From Vicugna vicugna (Eukaryota), in NCBI GenBank assembly GCA_013265495.1, contig MU057576.1, positions 406,982 to 470,981 of the forward strand: a stretch of DNA of 64,000 nucleotides, in the 5' to 3' direction. Under the pieces are notes generated by a model. That model saw only the letters and a program-made list of their open reading frames with translations. It ran no database searches and was not told the origin of the DNA. Shown piece after piece: positions 63,371 to 64,000 of the stretch; position 1 is the first letter of the stretch; every line of letters starts with the position of its first letter. Position numbers and translations under genes: made by a program.

Positions 63371-64000
63371 GTGAGTACCCATGTCACCAGGTGAGGAAGA
63401 GGGCGAGTGTTAAAGCACCACAGAAAAGCAGCTAACTCAAGCCTGCCCTGATCCCAAACCTGCCCCAGTCCACAAGAGGACAGGAAAATTGGACGTCCTC
63501 TGAAACGTGGACGAAATATGAGTTGCCTTTGTTGGTTTCACGCTACCATGAATAATTCCTGAAGTCAGTTATATGACACTAAACTTGAAAATCCCTAATT
63601 TTGTATATTTAAATGGCAACCAGAAATTTTCCATGAGTAACTATATTTTAAACTCTATTTTCTTCCTATCATCATGCTGGACATTATGGTTTATTTCAAT
63701 GAAGGGCACTTGGGCCAGACGTTGTGCCAAGCCCTAGATAGTCAGTCTATTATGATACACATTATCTACGGTCTCAAGAAATTTACTCTCTAATGGCAGA
63801 GGCGGGATTAAACATATATATTCTTAATCGTGAGAAGTTTATGAAGGAAAAAAAGAGGCTGCTATAAATAAGTGAAGGTGACATTGAAACTGAGATCTGC
63901 CAGGTGAAATGGGAATTAGAAAGGTGAAGGGCGGCAAGAAGAGCATCCCAGGTGCCGAGAAGGGCATGTGCAGAGACCCCGAGTCTGGAAAGAGCTGGTC

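Noticed and set aside
1..64000. CRISPR array or prokaryotic defence/operon system
   Set aside because: No regularly spaced repeat-spacer structure or operon-like ORFs; the sequence is intron-rich mammalian DNA.

Overview
Mammalian genomic DNA, most likely camelid or a related cetartiodactyl (inferred from Vic-1-like tRNA-derived SINEs and artiodactyl-type L1 3' ends). No prokaryotic systems, CRISPR arrays or RNA genes are supported. Four intron-containing loci were rebuilt by hand from splice sites and recalled protein similarity. (1) A damaged WDR54 copy (- strand, ~3089-5877): tandemly duplicated first coding exon, one half-deleted exon, last two exons missing. (2) A C2orf81 pseudogene (+, 6484-10398), head-to-head with WDR54: three nonsense codons, frameshifts and a large central deletion. 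(3) A six-exon RDH11/12/13-DHRS13-type short-chain dehydrogenase (+, 11142-15376): the 330-codon frame is open, but the exon-3 acceptor reads CAA instead of CAG. (4) An apparently intact M1AP (+, promoter ~24.1-24.5 kb, coding exons 31048-63370, continuing past the window). As I recall the human 2p13 order, WDR54/C2orf81 lie between RTKN and DCTN1, and M1AP is head-to-head with SEMA4F. The left ~16 kb therefore looks like a decaying segmental-duplicate cassette placed upstream of M1AP. The rest is nested L1, SINE, LTR/ERV and DNA-transposon debris, including several TSD-bounded chimeric or transduction-like insertions. All gene and repeat identities rest on recalled sequences, not on searches run here.
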